A DNA stretch of 37,530 nt. Origin: Acidobacteriota bacterium (GTDB lineage Bacteria > Acidobacteriota > Aminicenantia > UBA2199). Below the pieces are notes generated by a model that searched no databases, was not told the DNA's origin, and was given only the letters and a program-made list of their open reading frames with translations. Positions 36,716 through 37,530 of this stretch are shown here, one piece after another. How positions within the stretch are numbered: position 1 is the stretch's first letter; each line of letters begins with the position of its first letter. Both the position numbers and the translations under genes were made by a program. The stretch spans positions 1 through 37,530 of the forward strand of contig JALOLC010000002.1 of NCBI GenBank assembly GCA_025456175.1, written 5' to 3'.

Positions 36716-37530
36716 TCAGTTACGATCCGCTTTGCCGGCCGACATCCTATTCCAGGTCTCGCGGAAGATGGCCGGCATGTCCAGGTGGTAGGGGCACTTT
36801 TTAACGCATTCGCCGCAGGCGACGCAGTCCTTGTAGGGCAGGAACGAGATCGGCAGCCCCTGCGGGCAGGGCATGCAGTACTCGCAGCGGCGGCAGAACA
36901 CAGCGCCGAGACGCTCCTTCTCTTCCTGAAGCCGGGCGGTTTCCGCGGCGGTCAGGGGCGATAGATCGTCCAGGGCGGCCACATTCTCCTCGACCTGTTG
37001 CTCGGCATTCATCCCCGGGATGGCCACGTCGATGCCCTGGTTGAAGATGAAGCGGAAGTTCAAGGCAATTTCGCGGACATTGCCGCCGCCGATCGGCTTC
37101 ATGGCGATGACGCCGCTGCCGCGGCGGCGCGCCTCCGGGATCAGGCCGCTCATGGCCTCGGTCTCCATGAAATTGGCCGGGACCTGGATGGTGGCGAAAG
37201 CGAAGCGCTCCAGCGCCCGGATCAGGATGCGCGGCTTGTGCCCCGATAGGCCGATGTGGAGGATCTTGCCCTGCTCCTGCGCCTGGAGCATGCCGGCCAC
37301 GGCCCCGTCCGGGGCGAGGACTTTTTCCAGGTCAACCTCGCTGGCCACATTGTGGCACTGGTAGAGGTCGATGTAGTCGGTGCGCAGCTCGCGCAGGCTG
37401 GACTCGATGTCGCGCCGCATTTCCGCCGCGTCGCGGCTGAACGATTTGCTGGCGATCAGCACCTGGCCGCGCTGGCGGGGCAGGACGCGGCCGAACTTGC
37501 CCTCGCTGTCGCTGTAGCCGCGCGCCGTGT
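36716..37530 (-). CDS. Aldo/keto reductase with C-terminal 4Fe-4S dicluster domain (5' end outside window)
   Basis: The frame is open to the window end ((D)TARGYSDSE). Motifs SL..LRTDYIDLYQCH, GLSGH, IAMKP, FCRRCEYCMPCPQG and CVACGECVKKCPY. Confidence 0.9.
   Translation of the reverse strand, partial: TARGYSDSEGKFGRVLPRQRGQVLIASKSFSRDAAEMRRDIESSLRELRTDYIDLYQCHNVASEVDLEKVLAPDGAVAGMLQAQEQGKILHIGLSGHKPRILIRALERFAFATIQVPANFMETEAMSGLIPEARRRGSGVIAMKPIGGGNVREIALNFRFIFNQGIDVAIPGMNAEQQVEENVAALDDLSPLTAAETARLQEEKERLGAVFCRRCEYCMPCPQGLPISFLPYKDCVACGECVKKCPYHLDMPAIFRETWNRMSAGKADRN

Overview
GC-rich bacterial chromosomal segment from a diderm, probably anaerobic organism. It resembles Ca. Aminicenantes/Acidobacteriota, which is an impression and not proven. 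Most of it is housekeeping: kdsA (partial), methylmalonyl-CoA mutase large subunit (mcm), dipeptidase-patatin-YkgJ, rlmN-thiF-thiS, an aminotransferase, ndk-rsbV-rsbW-rsbU-purA, pstS plus a porin, grpE-dnaK-dnaJ-Ser/Thr kinase, apgM-MBL hydrolase-xerD, ftsB-htpX, bfr, a serine-palmitoyltransferase-like/glycosyltransferase cluster, rrf2, a TPR lipoprotein and an aldo/keto reductase (partial). The most striking structure is at about 320-3610. The last ~110-125 bp of mcm occur three times as direct repeats: the intact end, a ~97% copy and a ~84% copy. Each interval between copies holds one lower-GC cargo gene (an AAA+/DUF4143 ATPase and a lipoprotein) and no integrase. This suggests serial, integrase-less cassette accretion at the 3' end of a protein-coding gene. 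Other notable items are dispersed inverted purine/pyrimidine tandem-repeat elements, a probable glycosphingolipid locus (Spt + CerR-like reductase + glycosyltransferases), an uncalled 58-aa basic protein, Pho-box-like repeats and many leaderless-type promoters.
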